From positions 10,912,001 to 10,976,000 of the forward strand of contig JAWMAR010000002.1 in assembly GCA_036785375.1 (NCBI GenBank): 64,000 nt of DNA, in the 5' to 3' direction. Below, one piece after another: positions 41,773 to 53,788 of this stretch (position 1 is the stretch's first letter; every line of letters begins with the position of its first letter). The DNA is from Leucoraja ocellata. Taxonomy: Eukaryota. The position numbers were made by a program, and so were the translations under genes. The notes beneath the pieces were generated by a model that did not search any database, was not told the origin of the DNA, and worked only from the letters and a program-made list of their open reading frames with translations.

Positions 41773-42655
41773 AACGTGCTTATACATATTTTGTATTGCT
41801 GATTTCATTTTCTGAGAAACAAATCTGTGGTCACCCAGATGCAGTTAAACCCAATTTAATCTATTAAAAAATATTTAAGTAGTGGTTATCTAGTTTTATT
41901 CAATACATTTTATGTTGTATTAAACATGATGGCAAGTAAAACCATTTCTGTACCACATAAGTTCAAGATCTTTTAAGGCAAAGTTTTCTTGAAAAAGTAT
42001 CTATGTTTATCAAAATCCCATTTTACATTGAAAATAACTTGTGGCATAATAATCATCATACAAGCTTTCTCATTCGTGAAGTAAGTAGTGGAGTATCCAT
42101 CACACATTTCATGTAACTGCATAAAACTTCTTGATCATTCATCATGTATGAGTTGAAGTATTAGTTACATAATGGTGCTGTTTCAGTGTAGGCCAAGGTT
42201 AAAAACACAAGGCATGTATGTGGTGTTAACAAAACTCGTTCATGTTTATTAAGTTGGATAAGACCCATTCAAGTATGGAATTGTGGAGTTGGCTGTGGTT
42301 AGTGGGGAGAATGGAATTATATTTCAAGGTCAGTTCAGTTTCATGCATGAAAATGTTTACCATTTTATAGGGATGTGCTCATTTAAAATAATAATCCGAA
42401 GAAATACTTTTCTTTTTACTTCATATGTGGAAATCTTTGTAGGTACAGTAACAATTTTAAAATTAAAGATATTAGCCCAAGTGTGCAATAACATATTAAT
42501 AATATGTCTCTTCATTTCATTCTTTCACAAGTTGGGAGAAACTACAAAAAGGAGACTTGAATGTTAGCATTCACATTGCATCGCATTAGTATCTCAAAGG
42601 TGGATCACATGTTGATGGATTAAAAGTTACCAGAACTGTCTGTGTTGTTATACAG

Positions 42656-42766
42656 GTGCCTTGCAGATTGAGAACAGCGAAGAGTCCGACCAGGGCAAAT
42701 ACGAATGCGTAACAACTAACAGTGCTGGAACACGTTACTCTGCTCCAGCCAACTTGTACGTCAGAG
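42656..42766 (+). CDS. PTPRF: Exon, Ig2 second half ([37 protein letters not shown])
   Basis: 111-nt exon, tatacAG / GTagga, phase 1/1; Ig DxGxYxC motif. Confidence 0.95.
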
Positions 42767-43656
42767 GTAGGAAATGCATTTTTTCCCATTGGTCCCACAT
42801 TAAGTCATGCTTCTGTAAATGTATTGCTAATGAGAAGTTTTCTGAGCCTGAATGCTTTTGTGTTTGAATAATGAAGATATTACTTGAGGCCAATATTGTG
42901 TTTTTATAGGTGAGAATTCCAACCTTTTGAAATCATTTGTGTTATTCCAAGAACATGTCTACAAAAAGTTAGCATAACGGATCGCTTTTTCTGTTCTAAG
43001 CAATCACAATATTATATACCTAACTTAGGGATGCCTTGTTTCCACTTTGGGTTTTTTGTCTTTGAGGTTTTTTTCGCTCCTGAGATTCTATTTTATCAAA
43101 GGTAGATCTGAATGGACACTTTTTAAGGTACCATCTTATAGAGGTCTCCGAACTTTTGTTGGTACAGTAAATAATGGAATTATCCAATTTAATTCCTTTA
43201 ATACCTTCAAAGTGAGTGCTTTTGTTAGATATTTATTTATTATGTGATCTTTGTAAGTGAGCTTTCCTATTGAACATTACTAGTTATGTTATTTATTCTT
43301 TTAGATCCATTTAGAACGTTATAAATTATTCATTAGATAAATGTCATCCCATTTCCTTTATCATTCACACTAGATTTTAACACACCTATTCTGTGCACAG
43401 TCAAAAATGAGAGGTAATACAACAGGGATAAAATTGGTCTTAATTTTGGTCCTCTTACAGCCTTGCTTACAAGTCAGCAGTGGACAGAATGCAGATTGTT
43501 AGTTCATCTGTACATGTTTTGTTTTGGATTTGGGTAGGTGCAAGATGCGCAGTCTAATAGACCAGCAGATGATGCTTTAAAATAAGAATACAAATTTTGG
43601 TTGCGCGATGTTAATATCATGGCATTATATATATGGCGACAATTAATAATTGTCAG

Positions 43657-43793
43657 TTGTGTAGGAAGGAACTACAGATGCTGGTTTAAACCGAAGATAG
43701 ACACAAAATGCTGGAGAAACTCAGTGGGACAGGCAGCATCTCTGAAGAGAAGCAATAGGTGACGTTTTGGGTCGAGCCCCTTCTTCAGACTGA
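43657..43793 (-). mobile_element. Penelope-type terminal fragment
   Basis: Same motif as 29188-29320. Confidence 0.7.
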
Positions 43794-45699
43794 TTGTCAG
43801 TTCCTTGTCTCACTTATGGCATCACTTTAGATGTGCTGTTCATTTCACATGGTGTTTAACAAGTTTTTTAGGTAACAGTAGAAATGGTTTCTTGGATGAG
43901 CCAGTGGAGAATTTAAACCAGTAGATGTTGCTTTATATACTATATTATAATTTATATAGAAAAATAGCCTATTTGTGTACATTGCCCCATAAATAATATC
44001 AGATACATTTTAATTATATTGGTTGAGGGAAGATGTGCGCCAAAGCACTAAACAACATCCTTGATTTACTACATACAGCGGATAGAATATTGCACATTAC
44101 CAGCAGATCCACGACATTAATATCCAAAAATATGGTCATAAAGTGTCAGCCTTGTTATGTCGTGAAATGTTTCAACAGCCTTCTGACTCAGTCAGCAGTG
44201 CCTCTTGTCAGTTAAGACTGACACTAAGCCTTGAGAATTAACAAGTGCTAATGTCAAATGTGAAAATCCCATGCAAGTTAGAAGTGGATGTGCCCAGGAA
44301 GCCATTATTCTTCTGTCAGCAGTTGTCAGTGGGCAGAAAGTTTCCTTGATTTTAGTACTTTTCCTGCAGTTAGCTCTCATGGCATTTCCTTATTGGTTCA
44401 TTCTCTTTACATGTACTAGATAAATCCTCTCAAGCTCTCTTCTGAAGCATGATGTCTAAATCTCAATTTGCAAAATGAAAACAGAAAGTCAGTGTTTCAA
44501 GTTGATAACCTTTCATCAGAGCTGGAAAAAATAGATGTCGCTATACATTATAATTTTCAAATCACTGGTCGGCATGGACTTGGTGGGCCGAAGGACCTGT
44601 TTCGGCGCTGTATCTCTAAAGTAAACTAAACCAAAGGAAATGGTTCCCTTTGGATCGTGAAAAAGGAAGAGAGGGACTAATGTGTCTGCTGGTAACAACT
44701 TCTCATCTTATAACTTAGCAGATAACATCCCTGACGGCTCAACAATTTCGGATAGTCAGCTACACCCGTTTTGTTTCTCCAGCAATCATACTTTTTTAAC
44801 CGTCTCTTCTGGGATTCAGATCTCATTCACCTCCTTCCTCCTCCCCATTCCTAACAATTTAAAACTTGGTCCATTTCCAACATGTCATCTTCCTCCCAGA
44901 TCAACGCTTCCAGAGTTGGGCGGGATTTCATTTTCAGATTCCAGCAGCAGTGTTTTTGATACATATTTATTGTGGCTAGAGGCTTTCAACTTTCAGTAAG
45001 AATATTAAGAACATTGCTGCTCCCACAGGCTTTGTACAGATGTGAATTCTGAACTTTATGAAAGAGTGAAAGAAAGCAAGTTGACATTTGCTAGAGATAG
45101 TTTAAAATCCTCTGTCAATTAAAACCTGCTCACTTTGAGGTCATAAAAATCAATCAGAAATTTGAAATGTTACTGTCAAATTGTGGATTAGAAAAGTTGG
45201 TCATAAAGTGAATTATATTTCTTTACAAATCCTCTAAATCCACATGCTGGTTTGTGAGTACTGCAAGTTAACTCTTTTCACATGTAATTTTAAATCTTGG
45301 ACTTTTTATATCATATTCTTCCTGTACCATGTCCACTAATGGGTCAGTTCTCCTGAAGCAACATTGCCTTTTTGGACCAACATCACTGTAAGATTTGGCA
45401 TTTTCTGTATTTTCATAATTTTACTGAACTCTGCCAAGCCCAGGAAGCATGTTTACCTTCAATTATTTAATTGAATTCTTAGACTACCAATTCGAAATTT
45501 AGACCATTAGTTTTTCTTGGTCTCTATCATGTTTTGCAAAGTGGAAGAAAATAGGAAGAAGATACAGCAGACAAAATGAAAAAATGAGATTAAAGATTAA
45601 AGAAAAATCTCTGTAACAACTTCAAAGGATAGCTGAACTTTGGAAAAGGTTAGTCGAATGTGTCAACTGGATTCAAAAGGAACTCCATGGCACTCAACC

Positions 45700-45927
45700 A
45701 TAAATGTGGAGGGATGTTTCCACTAGTGGGAGAGTCTAGGGCCAAAGTTTATAGCCTCAGGATGAAAGCACGTTCCTTTTAGCAAGGAGATGCGGAGGAA
45801 TTTCTTTAGTCAGAAGGTGCTGAATCTGTGGAATTAATTCCCCCAGAAGGCTGTGGAGGCCAAGTCAATTGATATTTTTAAGGCAGAGATAAATAGATTC
45901 CTGATTAGTACGGGTGCCAGGGGTTAT
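45700..45927 (+). mobile_element. CR1-type LINE 3' fragment
   Basis: Similar to 2460-2680. Confidence 0.75.
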
Positions 45928-47059
45928 CCTTTTCAATCGCTGTTTGTATCAATTTTAACCAGACTAGCAACAGATAACAGTAGCATCTAGGCCTTGGCGC
46001 TTTGATTTAGATCAGCCAGTAGCTTTCTTTACTTTTTTTTTTAATCAAACCCACAAAGTACTGAACCGCAACTTTTTCTTTTCTCTCTCATCTCCTTTCC
46101 TGTCATCTTGAAGCTTGTCTAATCCACGGGGTACATTGCCCCTTTTTTTCACCAATCCCAATAAAGCAAATGCCAGTCCTCTGCATGCTGTTTGTGTTAT
46201 AGCTGAAATTATAAACAGTTTTGTTTTCCTCAGATTCTGTCATCCCTAATCACAGTCGTTATCTACTCCATTAAACTTTTTTAATCCTCATTCTGCCTTT
46301 TATACAGTATTGAATGTCTTGTTGCCTTCTAAAGCAGCCACCATCTGCTTTTTTTGCAGCCACAGGGTTAACTCTGCCAAATCAGGTTCTCATACTAGAC
46401 GTTCTCCACACCAAGAGCAAGAGAACCCTAACAATAAGCACAAACTGTTGCAGCGCAGGTGGATTTTCTTGTTCTGCTGATTATAGCCATTGATATGGAT
46501 GACCAGCAATATGCTCTCTTCTTAGAGCAATTATCTTTGCATGATTTTATTTTAAGCAATCCAATTACAATCAGAAGATCTTCACTACTGCCATCTCATC
46601 TTGCTTGCATCATGCTAACTTTGGAGTCTCCCAAGTACCTACTCTCGGCCACTCCTTTTTGCCTAACAAATACAACTTACTAATAGTCACTTAAGATTTT
46701 TCTCGTGTGCTCTGGTAACACACTCTCTGCATCTTTGATAAACCTCCCCATTGTACTCATGTTCAACATCAGCAAGATGAATGATTTATCTGATTATCAG
46801 ATCACAACTGTAATGTTTATATCACTATCTTGAGTTAAAACCTTGGAAACTGATCTTTCTCTTCACAACGACCATCATGATGTGCTTCTCCATACTTATT
46901 GTCACTTTCCAAATATGACTATTGCATTTCTCTTCACCCTGGTCTTGCACACTCAATTTTTGATATTATGCAACAAATCAAGCTTATCAGCCACTCCTGA
47001 ACTCCGGTTGCTCAGCACTTTAACTCCCCCTCCCATTCCCAATCTGATCTTTCTGTCGC

Positions 47060-47245
47060 AAATTGGAGGAACAGCACTTCATATTTGGCTTGGGTAGCTT
47101 ACTGTCTCCGACGATATTCTATCTCTGTCCCGCCCACTCCCCTGACATCGATCTGAAGAAGAGTCTTGACCCAAAATATCACCCACTCCTTCTCTCCAGA
47201 GATGCTGCCTGACCTGCTGAGTTGCTCCAGCATTATGTGTCTACC
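47060..47245 (+). mobile_element. Penelope-like element 3' end, internally deleted
   Basis: Encodes KLEEQHFIFGLGSL, then the ctgaagaagagtcttgaccc... terminal motif. Confidence 0.7.
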
Positions 47246-47681
47246 TGAGCTTGATCAACTGTTTTAGCATCAACTTCTTATTCTAATTCATGTTTTTAAC
47301 TCATTTTATGAGCTTGCCTTTTCCCGAACGCCGTAATTCCACTTAACTCCTTTCTCGAAGAAAAAAATAATATTGTGCTAATTGTGTGTTATCACTACCA
47401 TGTTTTTTAAAAAATAAACAAAACTACACTTGATCAGTGTTGTCAAATGATGTTCAGCAATCCTGTGCCATCTCTAAATTAGCAGCATATTAATGTGATC
47501 AAATGGCAGGTTGACTAATCACATTGATATCCAACTAGCTGAACAATGAATTTATCCAGCAATGTGGCCCTCTGGTGCTTTTTTTGATTTTGGCCTCATC
47601 CTCACATTTGGATGTTTTTTGCAAAATATCACCAAGAATAATTCGAGCTTATTTTCATTATACATGGGGTATTTTAATTTC

Positions 47682-47945
47682 TGGGCAGCATAATGGTGCA
47701 GCAGGTAAAGCTGCACTAACCTGCATTCAATCCTCACCTCCGGTGTTGGCTGTGAATGTGTGGGTGTCCTCTGTGGGTCCAGTTTCCTCCAGAATCTCAA
47801 AGACATACAGGTTGTTAGGTGAATTCGCCACTGTAAATTGCGTTTTGTGTGTAGGTGTGTGGTATAATCTGTAGAAAAATAATTTGGATTTGTGTAAGAG
47901 TAGTCAGTGTGGACTTTGTAAGCCAAAGGATTTGTTCCCATGTGT
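47682..47945 (+). mobile_element. Degraded HE1-like SINE
   Basis: gggcagcataatggtgcagcagg head; body matches the reverse complement of 305-570. Confidence 0.5.
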
Positions 47946-50828
47946 AGGAATGTTAGTAACTACGTCTTAAATTGGCCATCTGGGCCAACACATTAATTGG
48001 ATAGTTAATGTCATTTTTCCTTGATGCTTATGTTACCATCTTATAACATTGTGTAGTAAGAGAAAATAAGATTCCAGGTATTAGAGATCTTTTGTTGAGG
48101 TAAGTCATCTTGTTTAAAAAAAAGCAAAAGCCCCTCTGCCAACTAGTTGACCAAATTTACAGATATCTTTGATTTGAATGTTTTGACATGGCAACTAAAA
48201 GGAACATTGGTTTCCATTAAGTAAAGGTAGACAAAAATGCTGGAGAAACTCAGCGGGTATGGCAGCATCTATGGAGTGAAGGAAATAGACAACGTGTCGG
48301 GCCAAAACCCTTCTTCAGATCAAGTAAATTTGGCAATTTTATAATTAGGTTATGAAAAGACATGTGATTTACAATTTCAGTCATGATTGATTAGTATTAA
48401 CTTTTAATTACTCCTCTGAATTAACACTAGAAGTCTGAAGGAGGGTCTTGACCCGAAATGTCACCTATTCCTTGGCCCCGTAGATGCTAACACTAGAAGT
48501 GGTGTATTACCACCTACATAGATTTACAATGAAAGAGGCATACAGAATGGAAATAGGCCCTTTGGCCAACAGTGTTCATGTTGACCACTGTATAATACAA
48601 ACTCACAATCTTAACAACTGTGAATTTCCTCAGGCAGATGATGATACTGTGTCAACCGCATAGATAACAAGGGTAGGGCCCCAGGAGGTACATGTTCAGA
48701 CCCATGTATTAGCTGGCTATATTCTAAATGACTGTCCCCCCACAAGCAAGTTCAGTCTCTCGATAAACGCAAGGAATCATGGGATTTGTCGAAGGTCATT
48801 CAGGATTTAAAAATAAGTGAACGCAGCGCTGTATAAACTGTGTATGAATTGTTAACTATTCTACCAAGGAAAAAATCTAGAATTCTGTCAACTCAATAGC
48901 TTCCTTTCTTGTTCTGCTGTTCACACACTACTTACACAGTCCCAGTTCTAGTTCAGTTCATTAATCTGCAATTATGAGATATTCAAAAAGTTAATTCATT
49001 TTCTTATCTTTATTCATAATTTATGTGTAAAATTATATTTAATCTGAGGCAGGCAGCGACTGTATCAGTGTGATGTGGGCTGATGCTTTACCTACAGGCG
49101 GTGTGAATGTACCATTAAGGCAATGATTCATCTCCGAGGAAAACTGAATCAGGTGGGCCCTGTGAAGGAGCCGCAAATCCGATATAAGACATTTAACTGG
49201 GAAATGCCTGCCCTTTAGCATTGGATAGATTGAGTGGAGGGTCTGTGCTGTTTCAAGGTTGCGGTGTTTTTCCCCCAGCCATCTCGCCCAGTGCACGTTG
49301 ACCAGCACAGTTCACCAGCCCTTGTTAGCAGAGGCTCTTTGTGCAGGTGTTACCCGAAGCCCAAAGGTTTTTTGGAGGTTCTGCGTTAGGCTCAGGCACG
49401 CAGCGAGCTAGCGAGAGAGAGGGCTGTCAGATCAGATCAGTTTGCCGAGTGGCCGATAGGCCGATTTTAATGGGTCGTTATTAAACTGTTCCGTCTGTTT
49501 GGCATCGCCAGCTCTCTCTCTCCCAGATCCCCCACCCAAACTATCGACAAAGTCTGACTGAGAAAATGCTTCCACTCATATTACGGGTTGGCTCCACGTT
49601 TGCCCACTCCCTGGGGCTGGCGGTGCCTCCTTCAAAGAGAGCGAGAACCACTCCAGTCAGCTGGGGAGCTGCGACCCGCTCCTGAGTGAATCCTCTAGTT
49701 TGGCAGCGGTATCAATGGCTCCAAATTCTCATAATAATCACCTCCCGATCACCTGGACCCAGCTCCCAACTGTGTGCCCTGACAGACTGGAACCAACCCC
49801 AGAGGTTAAAGCAACAGCAGCTTTATTTAAGCCAACCCACCTCGAAGGTTTAACCAGCCTGTTCGAATCCAATCTGAACTTTCCAAGCTACCCCCACACA
49901 GCATATTCTCTTCGTTTTCTTCAATCCAGGAAGGTTGTTTAGATAGGAATATAAGGTCTGTCTCAAATTGGTTGACCCCACAACTTGTAATTCGTGTAAA
50001 TGAGTATCGAATTTGAATGGCTGTGACTCAGGCTAATGCATGATTGACAGGTTCGTACCAGGCATTCTTGAGTTTTCAAGGCTGGTGCTGTATTGAGTCA
50101 ATAATTTAAATAGAAACAATTGTGGATTTGTGCAGCATGCAGTACGTTGTGGCCTAGTGCTGACATACTTGACGGATACATTTATTTATAAATCTCATTG
50201 AGATGAATACGCAGGTCCGTCGTATACACACAGTAGCTCAGCTGGCGAGAATGTTTATCCCGAATGACCCATGACCTGGGCATGCGCAGTTGTAATACCA
50301 AACACGTTTACGCACACGCTATGCCCCTCTGTACTTTCAGTTCAGCCTGCAGATCCTCATTTGGAACCTGTATTCTAATTGATCTGCCTGATTGCTCCTT
50401 TCCACTTCATTCTTCTCTGCTGTATCCAATAGCAATCTTTGAATCACCGACTATTTGCTCAGCAATCATTGTCTTGATCCTCTAATCACTTCCCTCCTAT
50501 TTACCTGTTTCGTGATCAGTGTCTCAACAAAATTGTTTCTTGCTGACTCCCTTTTTCCTGCCATCCTCATGCATTTCCTGTCTTTCCTAAAATGGTGTCC
50601 TAATCCAACCCTTTACCTTCGCTACCTCCTAAACAATCTTATTTTCACTAGCTCGGCTACCTATTCTCATAGCTGTACCTTTTTCTCTTTCTCTTCATCC
50701 CATGTTTCTGCCTTTGACACTGAAAAACGTTTGTTCTAATTTAAATATGTATACCCACAATCACCACTCTACCATGCATATTAGGTCATCTTCATTTTGA
50801 ACACCATGAACTCATTCCTCCTTCAGAG

Positions 50829-51010
50829 ATGTTTAAGAACGAACTGCAGATGCTGGAAAAATCGAAGGTAGACAAAAATGCTGGAGAATATGGAGCGAAG
50901 GGATAGGTGACGTTTCGGGTCTGAAGAAGGGTCTCGACCCGAAACGTCACCTATTCCTTCGCTCCATAGATGCTGCCTCACCCGCTGAGTTTCTCCAGCA
51001 TTTTTGCCTA
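50829..51010. mobile_element. Penelope-type inverted terminal insertion with 12-bp flanking direct repeat
   Basis: cctccttcagag at 50817-50828 and 51011-51022; inverted arms around CTGAAGAAGGGTCTCGACCCGAAACGTC. Confidence 0.75.
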
Positions 51011-53776
51011 CCTCCTTCAGAGGTAATCGACTAGCAAAACACATCATTACCTGCTCATCCAAAGGTAAATTAACCCTGCTCATTATAGCACTTTCTTGTT
51101 CCTAATTTCTCATCAAATCTGTAGGACTGGTATGATTCTCTGCTCAAAAATGAATAATTATCAATTGTGTCGATGTCCTGAACAGATATTTTGGTAAATA
51201 ACAAAATACCAGAATTCATTATGCTCTTGAGAAATATCTTTACGAGATTGAGAGATCACAGTAACCATAATATAACAGTTAACATAATGATATTTTCAGA
51301 TTATTTCTGCGCTTCTTTATACTATGGACTGAGTCCTACATACTCACAAGCATCCACAAAATCAATTTTCCTATGATCCAGTAAGGCACTTGTTCTGGAG
51401 ACTGACCAGTTAACCTTTTCCCAACTAATGATATCTGCTAGTCAACCTTCTCTCACTACTCTGCCCATATTGCTGAGAGATCTTACTTTTTAGGTAATCC
51501 TTTCTACCATTCATCACAGTATTTGCTTGTGTTCCTCTGATCTAAACTAAGTAAAGAAGAAAGCTTCAGATTCCATCTGAGCGTGTTGGTAAAGTGGGCA
51601 AGATGGCAGTAAGTAAAATTCTGTCTAGAAAAGTGTAAGGTGATGTATATGGGAAGGACAAATAAAGTAATAAATTGTAATTGAAGTGAAGAAATACATA
51701 GAACCCCTTGGAGATCATATCCACTGATTCCTGAAAGCAACAGGAGAAGCAGTTGATGCAGTTAAAACAGCATAAATCATGTTTTATTAACTCATTTAGT
51801 TATTGAAAATAAGTACATAGAATAATGTGATATACAAATTGGGCTACAGTTAGGGTAGAGTTCTCTGATTGCCTCAATGTAGGAAGAGTGTGCATGGAAA
51901 GGAAGAGAGACATGGATTTTGGTAGCACTAGTGAAATTGAACAATAATGAAATATTGCCTAGATTCTCTTTATTGCAGTGAAAACTGAGTTTGCCTAGAT
52001 AGAGTAGATATGTAGAGCTCATTCCCCTTAATAGGTCAATAACCAGGTGCATGTATTTAACATGATTAACAGAAGTTGAAAATATTGTGAACCAGTTGAG
52101 GGTTAGTGTGTATGACACATGGCTGAAACGGTGGTAAAGCAGAAACCCTTATATTTATAAAATGACTCAGAAGTACACTGTGTGTCTTAAGGTAAAAGGC
52201 TACATACCGAGTAGCTCAGCCATGTGGACAATTTAGCTTCCTATTTAATACATTTCTGATTCACATTATACCCGGGAATTACATCAAACTGGCTTAATAC
52301 GCCTAATAGATCAACAGAGAATATAATACATTTTGAAGAATAAGTCAAGATTATAAGATGTTGGATCTTTGTCCTAATTAATCGTTGATAATATTAAGGA
52401 ATACCACAAATGACAGGAGAGCTGAAGATTAACATTCAACAACATTCTATAAGGTGAAAGGGGCAGCAGCCACAACTTACTTTTGAAACTTGAACCTTTT
52501 AGTTAGGGAACATGCAAATGAAAGCAATTTTGATCATTGCCCTAATGCTTAAAAGATTAGAACTCGTGATACTGGACTAATTCACCCTCTTTGTTAAAAC
52601 CATGTCTTAAAAGAAGGAATGCTGAAGTATTTGCTGTACAGCAAATTAATTCAATTTTCTTAATAATCTCAAGCTCTCAGACGTGTCATAACCCTTTCTC
52701 TTTGAACTTTCAGAGTTTTAAAATAGCCATCAAGTGACTGGAACAAATACGGTAACCCCGTTCCAAGAAAAAGGATACTACAACTGTGTGTGTGCGTGTG
52801 TATGTGCTTGTATCTGTGTGTGTGTTGTCACTAATTTGTCTGCGGTTAACAATATTTCTATTCCATACTGTTTGATCAGAATACAAAGACAATGTGCTGA
52901 GCACACTGACAACACTATCTTATTCCTTTCTTTTCCTTTATAAGTATTACTCATATGTGAAGGGCTGGGAAGTGAAGCAGAGTGCAAAACAGAACATATA
53001 CGGAAAATTGCAATGTCAGAATGCCAAAAAGAGCATATTCCAAGCACAATTACCACAGTGGAATTCCAATCATGATAAATGCATGTAATATTTGGTGCTG
53101 GTTTATTGGGGAGAAGGCAGGAGAATGGGGTTTGGAGGGAGAGATAGATCAGCCATGATTGAATGGTGGAGTTGACTTGATGGGCCTAGTTCTACTCGTA
53201 TCACTTATGACCTTATTGACAAAGGGTTACATTTATTTAAGATCTATGTTTTTATAACTTCTGATAACAAGGAGGAGTAATATTATGTTTGAAGGTTATG
53301 TATATGTGCTGGTCTGATTTGTACTCTACATAAATCCCATCTGCTGAAATGATTGCCTCATTATTTTTATTTAAACTGTCTACATGGTACTTTCCAGCCC
53401 AGAATCAATGAATTTATGTGATATTTTAATTAATTCATAACTTTTTCCTTCCGACAAGTGTGCAGTAATGGAAAAGTTAATATCCCAATGTACAGAAGTG
53501 GGTAATTTTTTAGGTATGTGACATATGGTGTCAATATAACAGGACAAATAATTTTGTGCTTTTTTGTGTGTAAGTGCGTGCGCGTGTGTCTGTGTGCGCG
53601 TATGTATATGTGTGTGCGTGTAGCAGAAAAACCACCATGCTATTGTCTTGTCTTGTTTTTTCAGTGCTGAGAGGATTGATGAAGCCTGGCCTGTTTTTAC
53701 TCTCTGTGTTTTTCCTTGTCTTTTTATTCCCTCCTCATCCTCATTGCACTCTACCATCAAACCCTTCATCTCTCAG

Positions 53777-53788
53777 ATCAGCGAGAAG
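53777..53788 (+). CDS. PTPRF: 12-nt microexon meB (DQRE), Ig2-Ig3 linker
   Basis: tctcAG-ATCAGCGAGAAG-GTtggt after about 90 nt of AG-free pyrimidine-rich sequence; DQRE is the LAR-type meB as I recall it (PTPRD/PTPRS have ELRE). Confidence 0.88.

Noticed and set aside
42895-42916. ttttatAG|GTGAGA, recursive splice-site-like motif
   Set aside because: Only about 140 nt after the exon donor with a short pyrimidine tract; likely chance without read support.
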